A stretch of 64,000 bases of DNA from Lama guanicoe. Its lineage: Eukaryota. A program made the translations under genes and the position numbers. Where the stretch lies: assembly GCA_013239625.1 (NCBI GenBank), contig MU053652.1, positions 3,771,902 through 3,835,901 of the forward strand. The letters are read 5' to 3'. Below the pieces are notes generated by a model. It did no database searches. It worked only from the letters and a program-made list of their open reading frames with translations, and was not told the origin of the DNA. Within the stretch, counting starts at the first letter, position 1, and each line of letters starts with the position of its first letter. Below are positions 36,891 through 51,553 of the stretch, one piece after another.

Positions 36891-39158
36891 AAAGCCTTCC
36901 CAGAGCTTCCAGCTCCAAATCATAAGCATGCTTCAGTAACACACACATTGTAGCACATGATAAGAGTTGCCTTTGTTTAGGTGGAAACTCAATCTGAAAC
37001 TGGATGCTCTGCATTCACCTAAAAAATATTTTCCTGGCATTTCCCTTATTTATGTCACAGGTTTTTTTCCTTTGCTGCTCTACTCCATCAATTGATTTTT
37101 ACACACCCTACCCCCGTGGCCCCTAGGTGAGAAACTTTATCATCATTTGAGAACACTTCAGTATAGCTATACATTTTAGCACTACAAGCATACGGTGAGG
37201 CTGAGCTGGACAGAGTCAGAGAATGGCTGGACGCCTCTCCGGTGAGCCAATCTGATAGCAGGGTCTTTGTACTCTCGCTCAGAGCAGTGTCTCAGTTTCC
37301 ATATTTAGACCCCTTCAATGATTCTCAGATCCATTTGCCAGCTTTACAATGGAAAAGATTTTTTTTTAAAAAGTCAATTTTACTTCAAAACCCCATTTAG
37401 GCTCTGAAAATCTCTAAATTGGGGCCTTTTTAATAATGAAGATTTGGTGTAATTATAATGTCACAGGCAATTGTGCTGACAAAGCAAAACCAGTATGTCT
37501 CCTTGCTGGGCCTTTGCTCTCAGTCTGACCAACAGGAGGAGAAAAGAAGCTTTGTCAGGAGCAGATGTGCAGTGGGAGGCCCCAGGAAAGCAGATCTGCT
37601 GAATGAAGCAGGTGCCACTTAGACATTCACTTTACTGACTCCAACCACAACCTCCCTTTCATTTGATATCCTGGTCTTGGCAGGAGGATGGGGAAAGAGC
37701 ATCACACAAAAAGGAAGCATGTTTATCCTGTTCAGATTACTGCTCTGCTAGGCTGCTGCTGCCGGATTCTGCACATTTGCTCTTTATTAAGCAAATGGTA
37801 GAGCTGGGAAGTGAATCCCTGTATTTACACAGGTAATCTGAGAGACAGAGGGCCCCAAACCATACTGGCTGCGATGTGCAAGCTATTAGAGTTAATAACA
37901 GTGTGCTGACATTCCTTCAAAATCCTAATGGAAGCATAAATAAAAAGAGGAAAGTCCCCTTTACCCAAAACCTTAAAATTTTATTCTGTAAGAATTTTTC
38001 CTGCTGTGATATTCTGGTTCTTATGTGAACAATAATTAATCCCCTTTTTACATGCTCAATTAAAACCACATTTTCATCCACATATTGAGTACAAATGACT
38101 CCAATTAAATTTGTCCAATTGTGGCTCTGGATTTGGTATGCCAAAAAAAAAAATCCCTTTACAGAATATTACCTGCAATCATAGGCACCAAGATTCTGTC
38201 TTGGTTACAAGGAGCTGGAATCATCTAAGACCAGAATCTGTCTTTCGAATACAAAGACTCAGAAAGATCTGGGGACCTAAAGGGAAGGAGAATGAGATAA
38301 CGAAACATGTAACTTGGCCATGAGGACACTGGGGATGGAGAGGAGACCATGGTCAGTGGTATCTATCTGCCTGATGGCAGGCACCTTTTTGGGAATCTCT
38401 GCCCTGAGTCCTCTGTCCAGAGTGGCCCTAGCTCATCAAGTTTCCCCAAGCTGACAATACCCAACACAGTCAGACCGACCTCGCTTCATACGTGTGCTAA
38501 TTCCCTCTGGGCCCCGAGGAGCCAACTCTGGAAGCATTCAGCTTTCAACACAGAAAGCATCTGAAGGACATGGCCATGGCTCAGATAAGTACTAAGAACA
38601 GAGACCAATGTATAGTGGCCATTTCATTGTAAAGTCTCCTTTTTTCTCTGCAGAGCCTAGATTAACAATTCCTGTGTGCAATGAATGCCTGAGGCCACCC
38701 CAGTTTATGATGGTGGAGAGGAGAAGGCACAGCCTCTCTGGACTTGCAGACGCTACAAGGAGAAAGATGAATCTAAGCATCACAATGACACTTTCAAAAG
38801 GCAGTCGTGCTCCTTCTGAAGGTACCCAGAGGTTAGCATCCTTGCAGGAGACAAAGGCATCAAAGGACTCCAATAACTAGAAACCCCTACAGCTGTGGAG
38901 GGTATGTGTGATGAGTGACAGAAAAGGTCTGACAATTCTAGAGAACAGAATCTCAGCTTTGTCTGCCCCAGCATGCCTCAGGGACACAGTATGCATCCAT
39001 CAGTAACAGAGGCTTTCTGAAGCAGGGATTCTCTGTGTGAGATTCACACCTGCTCTCTTCAAAAAAAGGCTTACTATACCAGATCCTAAGAATGTGTCCC
39101 GGAAGGAAGTGCTATGAGTGAACCCTCTGAAGATAAATTCCCTTCAGTGTCAGTGCCC

Positions 39159-39202
39159 AATAATAATAATAATGATAATAGCAGTGGTAGTAGTAGCAGT
39201 AG
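39159..39202. repeat. (AAT)n/(AGT)n low-complexity trinucleotide tract
   Basis: Seen directly. Confidence 0.85.
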
Positions 39203-40016
39203 TTCAGTTATTGTATGCTCACAGTGCCCCAGTGCTAAAGAGAGCAGGACTAAATATTTTCTGCTGCCCCTAAAATCAGTGCCATCAATCTGTCTCCCTG
39301 GATGGGGGAGACTGGGGAGTCAGAAAAACTGCCACTTCCACTGAGAGCTATGGAAGGCATTTTGGACTTCAGGAGGTCATAAAGAAGGGAGTAGGAAAGG
39401 AGGACAAGCTTCTATGCTATGAAAGGGCTGGGTGAGTAACACAAACGGGGTGGAGAACTGTACTCTCTTGGGTATTTTTGAATCAAGAGCTCCATGTTCC
39501 CATTTCTCAGAAGCAGCCATGTTTCACTGTGAAATCTGGAATTTATCCAATGGTAATGGCTTTTTTCAGTCTGTAACCCACCAGGCTCTGGATATTTAAT
39601 CCTTTTGGGGGTCACGATAAATCCATTAGCGTGCCTGACCTGAAGACGGCTGTAGCTGAGAAGAGAAATCAGCACTTGTGGGGCATCTAAGTAATGGCAG
39701 GTGGCCTAGGTCATGAATAAAGAGACGGGGAAGTGGGTCTAGGTGTCACCACTGCCTCCTGTCTCAGGTTTTCCTCCTCTGGACTCTGCAGTGCACAAAA
39801 ATAGGCCAGTTCTTCCTGCAACCCTCCTGCCCAGCTGTTTACTGGCTGTGGATTACTGTAGTCACATGGTAGGGTTTTTTTTTAGCAAAGCCATGCTGTC
39901 TATGAGCTGAGAAGGTCACTGGGAATGAAGGCTTGTGAGGTATTTCTGTTGTCCTCCCCTGTGCAGAGGGGGCACAACTTGCCAGAAGACACAGTATTTT
40001 TGCTATGGCTGAGATC

Positions 40017-40298
40017 AGTGCAATCCAACAGAGCCTTTTGCAATGATGGAAATGTTCTATATCTGTGTGGTCCTTTAGAAGCCACTAGCTACGTGTGGCT
40101 ATTTAAATTTAAATGTGAATAAATTAAAATTAGATAAAAAATTCTGTACCCCAGGCGACACAGGGCTACTGAACACTTGCTTGAACTGTGGCTAGTGTGA
40201 CTGAATAACTGAATTTTTAATTCAATTTAATTTTAATTAACTTGCATTTAAATTCAAATAGCCACACGTAGCTAGCAGCTACCAAACTGGACACAGCT
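40017..40298. mobile_element. MER3/MER33-like palindromic hAT MITE
   Basis: TGATGGAAATGTTCTATATCTG; internal inverted repeat CTAGCTACGTGTGGCTATTTAAATTTAAATG ... CATTTAAATTCAAATAGCCACACGTAGCTAG. Confidence 0.75.
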
Positions 40299-40733
40299 TT
40301 AGATCTTGGGTTTTGGTGCCATTTACTCATTTGCTTCTGTTAAGATTTATCATGACACTACCTTCTGAAGTGAGCAAAATGTGGCCATGACCCATTCCTT
40401 AAAACGATCCTGCAAAATCATGAGCCACACCAAGTAACAGATAAATAGTAAAGATGATGATTTTCATTTGTATTATACCTCCTCCACTTTCTAGGTTGGG
40501 TGAATTGGCCAGATGGAGTGAAGGGGGAAAAGGGAGCCCATGTCAGCAGTAGAAAGAGTCCTGGAGATCTGGGTTTGGTTTCCAGTTTTATCATTTAGTA
40601 GCTGAGAGACCCTAGGCAAAGCCCAGCTTTAGCTGCCTCTGCAAAACAGGGCTTGTAAGCTCTGTTCTACCCACCTTACTGAGTGCAGGTAGAATAACAC
40701 AGAGAGTGCTTGCTTAGTTAACTGCAAAGGGGT

Positions 40734-40786
40734 TATGGTGGTGGTAGTGGTGGTGGTAGTAGTAGTAGTAGCAGCAGCAGCAGCAA
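40734..40786. repeat. Compound trinucleotide repeat (GGT)n(AGT)n(AGC)n
   Basis: Seen directly. Confidence 0.9.
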
Positions 40787-43700
40787 CAGTGAAAAAAAAA
40801 AGGACAGAATGAAGAAAGAAAGGGGAAAGATGAAGGACTAAATAATTATGCTCAACACACAGCCGAATGGCAAATATAGAACAAAACTCAAACAGTTATT
40901 TTCCTGGTATGATATCTAACAACTTGTTTCGCAGGATAAAAACTATTCATTCAGAGAAAAATGATTTAAATGAGGAATACCCTGTCTGCAAAGAAAATGT
41001 GTTTCCCAGAGTGGCCCGTGAAGCACACTGCGAGGCACCCTGTCCCGAGGTGCTGGCTTCCCAGTCTGCCCGAGATGCAGGCCCTGTTCACGTACTCAGC
41101 CCTTACCCTTCTTTCTGAGCCACACCTCTGAGCTCTCCTTATTCTATTTGTTCTAAGAAGTAATCTTTTCAGGTCTCTATGTCCCCCTCCCCCTCCATTT
41201 AGAAAAGACTTATGATTCTGAAGGGGAAGCGGGTGTATAACAGATGAAACTTAATGTGCTTTTTCTTACAGAACAGGTAATGCCTCAGTTTGGTCTCACT
41301 GACACCATCTTAGTATCTTAGCTTCCCTTCAGGTCTCCCTATCAGTGGAAAAGAGGGCCACAGACTTTGCAGGAGGGTGGCCTGAAACCCCATGGCTCCA
41401 TACCATAGGCACTGTTCTCTGGGGACTGTTAGGATAGGGGGCTCGCAGCCTGGGACTCTCAGCTCACACAAAACACTGCTGCTCAGGGGCTGCCTGCTTC
41501 CAGTCCTGGGGGCCCTGAACTCACTATCTTTGCATTATAGGTACAAATAGAATCACAATATCAAAGAACACAACAATTCCTTTAAAGCTATTATCATTCA
41601 TTATGGTGACTGAACACGTACCTTTACAATAAAACTTTATTTAATACATTTACTTATTTAAACTTTAATTAAAATACTGAGGCAAAAAGTGATTTAGTGC
41701 ATACTAGAATAGCATATCAGCAGTTTTTTGGGGGAGCAACATTTACATATTTCCTAAATTAATATAATATTTACATCTCCACTAACTCTTTTAGGAGCAA
41801 GTCTGTGTACTAATATGTCCAGAGAATGAGGAGCACAGAAAAAGGGATAATGAGAGATGTGTTTTATAGTTTATCAAGATGAGGACTAGCATTTATCTCT
41901 TATTTTTAAATTAGAGCTGGACATATTATAAGTAATTTTAAGTAGAAAGACATATTTATTATGAGTAATAATGGATGATGGTAGTGGTGATAAGAAGACA
42001 AAAGTGAAAAAAAAAGTCACCCTTCATGATGGAAATTGAAATACAATGCAGTTGTTGACATGTGAAGAGAGGTTATGCCATTAGAAGTCACAAAGGCCAT
42101 ACTAACTACCGCACACAGTGCTGGAAGAGAGCAGCAGCCCTGGCCCAAGAAGAGTGATGTAACCAGATGCAGGAGCCGTTAAACAGTGTCACCCTCAGTC
42201 AAAGTTCCTTCAATTTCCTTCACTCAAGGTTATAGAAAAGGCTCTGATCTATTCCCATTTTTACAGTATTCATCTTTGGAGCATAAATCCTTCAATTGCA
42301 TAAGGTAAGCATCTGGATCTGTCCTAAAGACATGAAAGCAGGGTCTATAACAGTACTGTGTGCTCTGTACAATGCAACGTGTTTGGAGGAATGCTGGAAG
42401 AAGAAATTGATGCTGACAGCTAATGATAATTTTATGTTTAAGATATATCTATGTGCCAGGCACTATGCTAAGTACTTCACAGGAATCAATTTGTTTAATG
42501 CTCACAGTTACCTTATGAGCATGGAACTATCACAATCCTAATTTTATAGCTAAGCCCTAGAGAGGTTAATGTGCTTGCCCAAGATCACAGAGCTAGGCAG
42601 TGGTGCAGCTTTTAGAGTATCCAGCTAGGCCTGCAGGTCCTCGCATCTCCCTTGCCCCTCCTTTTACTCCCAGTGCCATACGAGATACCCACAAAGTTAA
42701 ATGACCCTTGCCACACAAAATGAAGAGGTGGGTGGGGGAATGGGAGATCTCTCTGTGATCTATTTGCACATCTGATCAAAGCTGTGGATCCCAGAAAAAT
42801 AGAAAGCTGTTGTATAGGATTTCTCAGGATCCACAGATCCAGGTTAAGGATGCTCTAATGTTTGAATAATACACATAAAGTAGGTTTCCACAGAAAATTA
42901 AAACACACACATCACCCCCTTCAGGTCCACCTGGGCTTACCTCTTTACACCAGTACAGGACAGACCTAGCTATCCTGTCTCACATGGGAGGCCTTGCAGA
43001 ATAGGAAAGCATGTTCTACTCTCTCACGTAAGGATCCCACCCAGAGTCCTGCTCCCATATCTGAACTCCATGTTTCTGTCTTCATCCACCTACTCTTTTA
43101 TCCTTCTTGCTAAAAATTCTAGGCCAATTAAAAAAAAGGTATTCCAATGAACCCAGTTGAGATTAAATTCAACTGGGGAAAACATACATATTTTTTAAAG
43201 TTGTTGAAAAGATCAAAGAAAAACATGACAGTGAAAAGGGGATGACACGTTCATGAAGTGTGAAAAGAAGACAGAGTGTTTTTTTCAGAAGGAATGTGAA
43301 AACTGATTTAGTTTGATTTGGCAGTTGGAATGGGTAGTGAAATGTACAGCCGTTTCACAGTACAGCAAGACTGAGGGGGGTCTTTGGGTTGCAGGAAATT
43401 TTCTGTCGACAGATCTTTAGAGGGAATCTCAGCAGCAGGACAATTGGCAAGGCCAGGCCACAACGAAGAGGGATGTATGGCACTGAAGAGAAATGAGAAG
43501 GGTTGCTCGTCCTGTGAGGATAACGTCAATGCCGTGCAATCAACTTTAATTTTTAAACAGATCCAGCCCTCTAGTCCGCTTCTCTTCATTTAACGCATGA
43601 GGAAGGTAGCTGGCCCCCAGTCTCAACCAGGACAGCACAGGCAGGTGGTCTCTGGGTGTCGGACAATAGGGAAAGATGTACTTTACGAACGCTCTGGGGG

Positions 43701-44389
43701 AACGAAATCAAGGGCTGGAGGCAGAGCCAAGGGGAAGGTGCAGTGAGCAGCAGGGGAAGCAAATTAGTCAGCCAACTTGCTTCAGGCAGAAATGGACACT
43801 CCCTCGAGCCCTTTCCTATACCCCGCAACCCTACCACCTCGGTCTCCATTTCCCTGGAGGCAGGTGGAAGGTTGAAGGAGCCCTGGCATAAACTGAAGGG
43901 CAGCAGGAGGGCTCAGGCAGAGGCTTCTCTGGTGAAGAAACACCTCTTCAGCTGCATTTACTTCTTTCTGACTGTCATCTACTTCTTCCCAAACAATATC
44001 CTTTTGTTCTAAACAGCACCCCGCCCCATCATATTTACTAACTGCAAAGTGATCTGCTCACTGAAAATACTTAAGTCTGACAGCCAGCCGCTGGCTGGTT
44101 CTGTGAATTCTGCAAATGGAGAAACACACAGACCTATGGGCTTCCCCAGGCCAGCAGTGAGTGGGGCTGCTGGGTTGGGGAGCACTTGGTACCAGAAACC
44201 CCCAGAACGTCCCTACAGCCTTCAGGAACAGCTGGAGCAGACGGGCACTGTGGCTAAACTAGACAAAAGGCAAGTGGCATTTAGCAGAGATGGGGAGAAA
44301 GGCCTGACATTCCTAAACTTATTTGTTCACCATTGGAAGACAATCATCACTCTGTATTTGTGGAGTCCAGACAGAAACCAGCTCACATT

Positions 44390-44630
44390 AAAGGGAGGCA
44401 GCAGAGTAGAGGTTTGGAAACAAACTGCTTGAATTCAAATTCCATTTCTGCCACTGTGTGTGTGAACCTGGTCAAGTTACTGAAACTTTTTACATCTCAG
44501 TTTCTGCAAATGTTAAATGAGGACAACAGTGTTTACCTGACAGCTTCATTCTCAGTTTTAAATAAGTTAATGCATGTAAAACACTTAGCAGAGTGCTAGC
44601 ACAAGCAAGTATTATATGAAAGTTTGTTAA
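44390..44630. mobile_element. MIR SINE (one of many; other probable MIRs near 140-235, 8870-9060, 19370-19840, 32060-32230, 42440-42610, 54960-55200, 55550-55790, 61690-61850)
   Basis: MIR core TTCAAATTCCATTTCTGCCACT...TCTCAGTTTCTGCAAATGTTAAATGAGG...ATGTAAAACACTTAGCAGAGTGCT. Confidence 0.7.
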
Positions 44631-45279
44631 GTAAGTACAATTAATGGGACAATGGGATTGAGAGACAGAATGCAAGGTCAATAGTGGAAAAGAATGCTGG
44701 TGTCCTATCATGGTGTACACCATAAATGAGCAGTGCCCCACCCCATCATCTTTAGTACAAAAAAATGAAACTGAAGTTGGGGGAAAAAAAGTGAAACTAA
44801 AATTTCAGAGTACAAGAACTGAACCTCCATAGAATTATGCATAAATAGAATGAATGGCCACAATTTCTTAGTCTAGGAAGACACACCTGGTTTGGTCTTA
44901 AGAAATGAGCACCATTGCAGTAGGGACAATGTCTCCTCCAGCAACAATTAGTGTCCCGTGATTCAGTTCACTGGGGCAGTATTCAGACCACTTGCTTCCC
45001 ACTCCTGGTCGATCTCTGTGATTATGAACATTCCCCATGTCCTCTGCCCCAGCGGAAACGGGGCAGATGGAGACGAGAAAACTTAAATTAGTCAATTTTA
45101 AAACTTCTTAGCAGTTCTTCTAAAAGGCTTGGTAAGATTTTTTTTTTAAGGCTAAAACAAGGCTTAATTCTTCCAGATGAACTTTAAAATTATTATAAAG
45201 TTCAATTCCCAAAAAAAAATCTTAGGATTTTGTCTGAACTTTTTTCAAATTTGGAGATAGGCCTTTCATTAACCGCTAA

Positions 45280-46320
45280 ATATAACATCACAATAGTAAA
45301 ATATTACAGTATAAAGAACAGATGAATAGAAATAGAAGAGTCCCACACACGACCCTACACAGTTTAAGAATTCTGCATAATAAAGATGACATTTCAAATC
45401 AGTTTAGAAAGGATGGATTTCAACCTTTTTATAGAATGAATGGTGCTAGAATAATTAATTATGTAGGGGAAAAAAATCAATTCAGATTCTTACCTAATGC
45501 CATATACCAAAATAAATTCCAGATACTTTATAGTATTTAAAATAAAAATTAAGTCCATAGGAGAACTGGCCTATTGTTAGATATTTATATAAACATAAAG
45601 GCAAAAGAGAAATAATTAAGGAAATAAAAATGAAAGTAACAGAAGTGGAATAAAAATAAACTGGGAAAAACTACAACATACACAATAAAGGGATTATACT
45701 TTTATCTCTCACTGATTTGGAAAAACTCTTCATATATTAAAGACTCCAAAAGAAAAATGGGTGAAGAAAACAAATAGACAAATACTAAAATACTAAAACA
45801 CTAAAACCTTGAAGAAAAAAAGTAAAAATATCTATCACTAATGTTAAAAATGCAAATTAAAGTGGAACACAACTTCTTGCCTATCAAATAGGCACACACA
45901 AAGTAAATTAAGCTAATATTCAGTGTTGGTGAGGGGTAACAAAGCGGGTTCTGAACAGTACTGTTGGAAGTATAAAGAAGTAAGAGCCACATAGCAAAGA
46001 ATCAAAGTGTGGGCAAGGCTTTGTACAAAGGTTATTTTGTTGTAAAAAATTTATTAATGACCTAAATTACTACCAGTAGGGGACTGATTATTATGATGGA
46101 GAACATGATGATATATTAGCAAGCATTAAAGTGATCTTTTCAAAAAATATTTAACTACATGAAAATGGTTAAGATATTTCAAAGCAAGTTATGAAATAGT
46201 ACAGACATGATCCTAATTAGGTTAAAAAATTTTATGAATGGGGGAAAAAAGGGCCATATTTTAAAAACTCAAAATATTAACATTCTATGTAGTGGGATCA
46301 TAGATGATTTTTATAGTCAG
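45280..46320 (+). mobile_element. Ancient L1ME-like 3' relic
   Basis: A-rich; decayed ORF2/3'UTR motifs (CATATACCAAAATAAATTCCAGAT, AAAATGCAAATTAAA, CAGTGTTGGTGAGGG). Confidence 0.55.
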
Positions 46321-49300
46321 GACCAAAAAAACTCAAACTAAAACAAAAAACTCCAGAAAATGCTATGCTCTCCCTTTAACTGTGGTGCTATTAGAAAAAA
46401 TGTCAGCGATTTTAGAAAATGTTCATCCTTTCTTAGCAGCTCCGGTAAGAAACTGATGGACAACAGTAGAAGAAGATAATTTCCATTCCTTTTATTGATT
46501 AACTATGAACTTTAACTGTTTATTTTGTTTTCCCACATCTAGCTTTTTTCACTATTTTTGTTGAAATAGGAAGGAAGATAAAAGATCTGTAGATATGGCT
46601 CGCTGAGGATTGCTAACAGCAGGTGGCGAGGTTGGGTGAGAGGTGAATATCACTCAGAGTTCTTCAACACATGTAAGCCTGACTTTATTGGTCCTGGCGT
46701 CCATTAATAAACGGTATAAAGGATGGAAACGTGAAGGGAAACCAATGGGCAATTTAAAATTTACAACCTATTATATTAAAGTATGTTAGAGGGGAAAGCA
46801 AGGGATAACTGTGTAAAAAAAAAAAAAAAAGAAAAGAAAAGAATAGGTAAAGGAAGAAACTCAACCATAGACCTTTCCCAGCCTTAGGCATTTCAAAGAG
46901 AAAGGCACCTATGAAAATCTTTATATTGAACCAAACCTTGCAATACCATCAAAAAACCAAAGACTTATTTACCGCTATTGAAAAAGGGAGACCATAAATG
47001 GAGTAGAGTAATGCTAGTGCTTGAGTAGACCTTTTAGTGTTAGGGTGGGATAGGGTCCAGGATAAAGGAGAAGTCTTCAGAGTTACAAGGTCTCTGCCAG
47101 GTCTGCCTTGGTAACTTGGAATTTAAACTTCTGTCATGCAGATGTCATTATCCTTAACTTGAAAACCACTGTTCTACACACTGCCCCAGCCATCTCTCAT
47201 TGGTTACTACACACTATCAAGCCTCTAGTTCCATCCCAGAAGATGCTGAAACTCCAGCTTCAGGCCTGAACAAACCAACATTCACACTGTCCACACTGTC
47301 CTTAGAACAGTCATCTGCTTGTAGGATTTTTATTTAAGCCATACCCTGGAATCTGGGATATATTTTTTCCCCAGTAGTGTCTGTTACCAAATAGCACCTT
47401 ATTCTGCTATCATCTGGTTCTTCCCCATAATAAACGCTTCCTGATAATAAGTTTGGTCTACTGGCAGATACCATAAGCTTGTCATTACAGAAGTGACAAA
47501 CATTGCCAACAGGACACAATCTGAAGGAATGATGAGAAAAGAACTCCTACAAGTCCAAACAGATAACAAATTAGCTGGTTAAATGGGAAAAATGTAGTTA
47601 CAAGTCTCAGAATAAATCCTACAGCAGTCTGGGAAAAATGTTAGAAGACAGAAGGAGCATCAGAATCATCTGGATCATATCCAATATTAGATCCCTCCTC
47701 TGATTCCCAAGGGATAGATGACATGATTGGCCTTCACCTAAAATTACTGGGATAAGGCACAACTCAATGGTCTGATTTGCTGTAGTGCTGAGAAAGCACT
47801 ACCTCAAGTCCAAATTCACATGTGTTAGCAGGTCACAAACTAGGGAAAGGTCTGCTTTGGAGAATCACTGGCTTTTAAGATGTAGATCATAATTTTCTCT
47901 TATCACAAATGCAGCCAACAACATGAAGTCAACATAACTGATTCATACAACCTAACCTGCTAAAAAGAAGCAGTTTTCAGGAATCAACAGTAGTAGATGA
48001 GGTTCACCTTTATCTCATGGCTGAATAAGTCTACTTGATGGGAGACCCAGAGAGTCCTTACACTTATCTATAAACTCATCTATCTGAAAAGGTGAGGCTG
48101 GGGAGGCCAGAGCTATAAAGCAGTTTGTTCTCCTCTCCTAGACAGGTCAAGGCCATTAGAAGGGCCAACAAAGTCTCCTATCAAACCCACACAGGGAAGT
48201 ATTCTTAGCAGTTCCACAGTGAAGAACAGCAGTCGCATTTCAAAAGAGTGTGACATAGTCAGATATCCTACCTTTTGTTCAAGTTAGACCGGGACTTGAA
48301 GGAGGAATAGAAACAAGAAAGGGAATAAGGGTAGGATTCTAGCTAAAGAGGGAGGTTTTCTTAATTCCATCTATGGTCATTTCATGCTGAACATACATGG
48401 CTATAAGATGCCCTTTATCTTGCAGTGTTCTGGCTAAGATCAACACTTTCTCTATTTGGGTTAGTTCATGGAAGCCCTGAGCCCTACAGAAAAAGCAGGC
48501 TGTAGTTGTAGTATTTGATTTTTTGTTTGCTTATGAGAATGATTCTCGGAAGCCACATGGCTCTTTATATTTCCTATGTTATTCTTCTTCTTCCCACTTT
48601 TGAAGGTGGACACACCATTGTGTCTTTCTTCAAAGACTTTTCCAACTAACATGCTATTCAGTTTCTAGGGACCTACCCTAAAAAAAGTGCCAGGGACTTT
48701 TCTTCCTGCCACTAATGCCATTAAGGAACTTCTTCCCTAAATAAAAGTATGCTATTACCTATCTTCTTTCCAGGACTTTAAACCACAAATTTCCAAAAGT
48801 CATGGAGAACGTAATTTGTCCCACTTAACCTAATCATATGTATGTTTTAAAAGCTTAATAAACAATCACATAGAGTCTCACAGAATAGGGCTGGTCCTCC
48901 TCTTTTACCCAGACTTCTGAGGCACTTCTCCAGGTAGCCCAAGTCTTAGTAACGGACTCCCATAGCCTTCCGAAGTGGATCCAAAGAGCTGAGCTGGAGT
49001 CGTAAACTTGTGTCACCATATTCCTATGAACTGTATCCCTTTTGTTTATTCAGGATATCACCAATATCCAGGAAGTCAAAGAGCTGGGAAAGAATGGCAG
49101 GGTGGTGGCATGTTATTGGCTAAATCCAGGGGTCCTCGATGGGGCCACACTTAATAGGAAGCAGAACCCATAGGATCAGCCAGAAAAAACGCTTTCATCA
49201 CAGCCTGCTGGCTGACCTTGTGGTGAGATGGTGGAGTCTTTCTCGAGGGATTCAGAACATTCCTCCTACCACAATGCACTCGCCCACAGGAGAGTCTCTG

Positions 49301-49647
49301 CTACAGCAAAGGACATGGATCTACCCATGGAAGAAAAAGGACAAAATGTGCCCCACAGCAAATTTTCATATCCTTCTCAGCAAGTCCTGTCACAGCAAAC
49401 ACTTTCCAAATAAGCAATTCAGTTAGGTAGCCATCATTATATTTTTCCCCACTCAAGAAACCCCAGGTCTCCTACTAGTGAAAGGAATCAAAGGCTCCTA
49501 GAATTTTCCTAAGTATCAATTGCCTACCAATATTTAAAAAACTCAAATCAAACTCAGCTTCATTCTGAAGGGTTTGCTGTCAGTCATGTCATGAAGGTTT
49601 AAGTGGAAACAGGGAAGAAATTCAATAAAATATTTATGCTCTCTTAC

Positions 49648-49772
49648 CATTAGCATCTTGGACTCCAGTAAGTGCTCCGACGGCTGCTGCGGTTTCCCCA
49701 GACAGGACGATCTGTCCCCCCCCTTGCAAGGTGGCCTCCGCCAGGGTGGCGACAGCATGGGCGGCAGCTTCG
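49648..49772 (-). CDS. NRF1: NRF1 coding exon (exon 10 equivalent), 125 nt: (S)EAAAHAVATLAEATLQGGGQIVLSGETAAAVGALTGVQDAN(G)
   Basis: Acceptor atccacag|, donor AATG|GTAAGA; phase 2-1. Confidence 0.97.
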
Positions 49773-51553
49773 CTGTGGATACAGGAATGGGAGAAGGGGG
49801 TGTGTGAGTTGAATAAAGGTATAACAACCTTTCAACCTTTCCATGGACACTACATTTGTGAGCCAACCAGCAAAACAAGGGATTCCAGTGCTATTGGTAG
49901 AACCAGAGCAATTTTTAAATAATAACGAACAGCTATGGAAACCTGTCTTTCATATTTATATAGCTAATGTGAAATTTACTTTAAACCTAGGAAATGGGTG
50001 TTTGAGGACAGAAGACACTCATTGCCAGTCTTTTCTTTATCAATATCAATCGAGTACTTGCAACCCATAGTCGAAGCTCTGATCCATATTCACAATGCAA
50101 AAGCCATTTTGGTTGTCAATCATGAGGTTTCTTTTTTCTCTTTTCTCTTTACAGTAACACAAGGCAGACCATCTGATACTGCCCTTTGATAGCCGAAGAC
50201 AGATGATAATATGAGTCATCAATCTGGACTTGCTATTCAATTAATATTAAAAAATAACATTTTGGTTTACATCCATGATTCCAAATGCAAAGTAATGGTT
50301 GACTAATATCTTGCAAAGTTCAACCCTTCCCTTTGCCTCACTGTACATGTGGGCAGTGCTGAATTAAGACTTAAAAGTTTAAATTATCACTATAAGCCCA
50401 AATTCCTTGACTGTAAAAACACAATGAAATAATAAACCTCCCTTCCCTGCGAAGTAAACACCCTGCAGAACAGAACAATATTAACCATCTGTTTACAGTG
50501 AACACTTTTCTAGCAGCTTGTGTCCCATTTTTCTTTTCCTTACGATATGCTTTTATTATATGCATAATACCCATTTTTGTTGATTCTATGATACAAACTA
50601 TAAAATTCATTACTGTTTCATGTGCCAATAAAAAAGTTCCTGACAATTATAAGATTATATAGTTCATCATCCAAATTTCAGAGATTTCAAAATGTGAAGG
50701 AAAAAAAGATACATTCAGCACCTCTCCTGGGAAAGGTATCACTTTGCACAGTTACTGAGGGAGTATCAAAAGTGAGCATGGAGGAGAGGGGGTGGTGTCA
50801 TTTTGTTTAGCAGAGATGGACAAAGTCTTGGGTTTGACACTGAAAAAGCCAGCTGATTCAGCTTTGTTCTGAAGCTGCAGACTTTGCCATAACAATCAGT
50901 CATCTCACAATCACAAGCTGTAGGTGAGGATGGCAAGGGCCTGTGGACTGGCTAGGGTAAATGTGCCATGACTATGGGTGAAGCAATGTGGACCAAACTT
51001 AAGTGATGCTTTCATCTGAGGAAGTCAGCAGACAAGTAAAGCAAATGACATAATCGTTCCTCTGGGGAAGACTTTATAGTCACTATAAGGATTTTAGGAA
51101 GCAGTATAAGAAATCCAGTGGACAGAAAAGTCTTATTAAATAGAAAATTTCCCTCTTGTTAACTTGCCTTGCTTTTTAAATTGTTAAGTGTGTTTAAAAA
51201 GTTTGTCTCTGATAGTAAAATGCATGTAGAAACTTGCAAAAATTTCATTAAGAGAAAAATTTTAAATATGCAGAGGTAAGAATTACTGTCTTTCTAATCT
51301 TAAACACAACTTTAAACAGATAATCAGGATCATACTGTATGCAGTTTTATAGCCTGCTTTTCTTACCTAACTTCGTATTTCTCCATATAAATATTCTTTG
51401 ACATTTATTAGAAATAATAAGGTAAATGCAAAATTGATGATTCCACCCTCTCCTTTTCTAGTTGTTTACCTGTGGTAAATTTTCATTTCCTGACTTTCTT
51501 TGACTTAATTCAAGATCATAATTACATATTTACATCCTTTATATAAAAATTTG

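Noticed and set aside
40085..40275. Novel miRNA-like long hairpin
   Set aside because: The inverted repeat is the internal palindrome of a MER3/MER33-type MITE.
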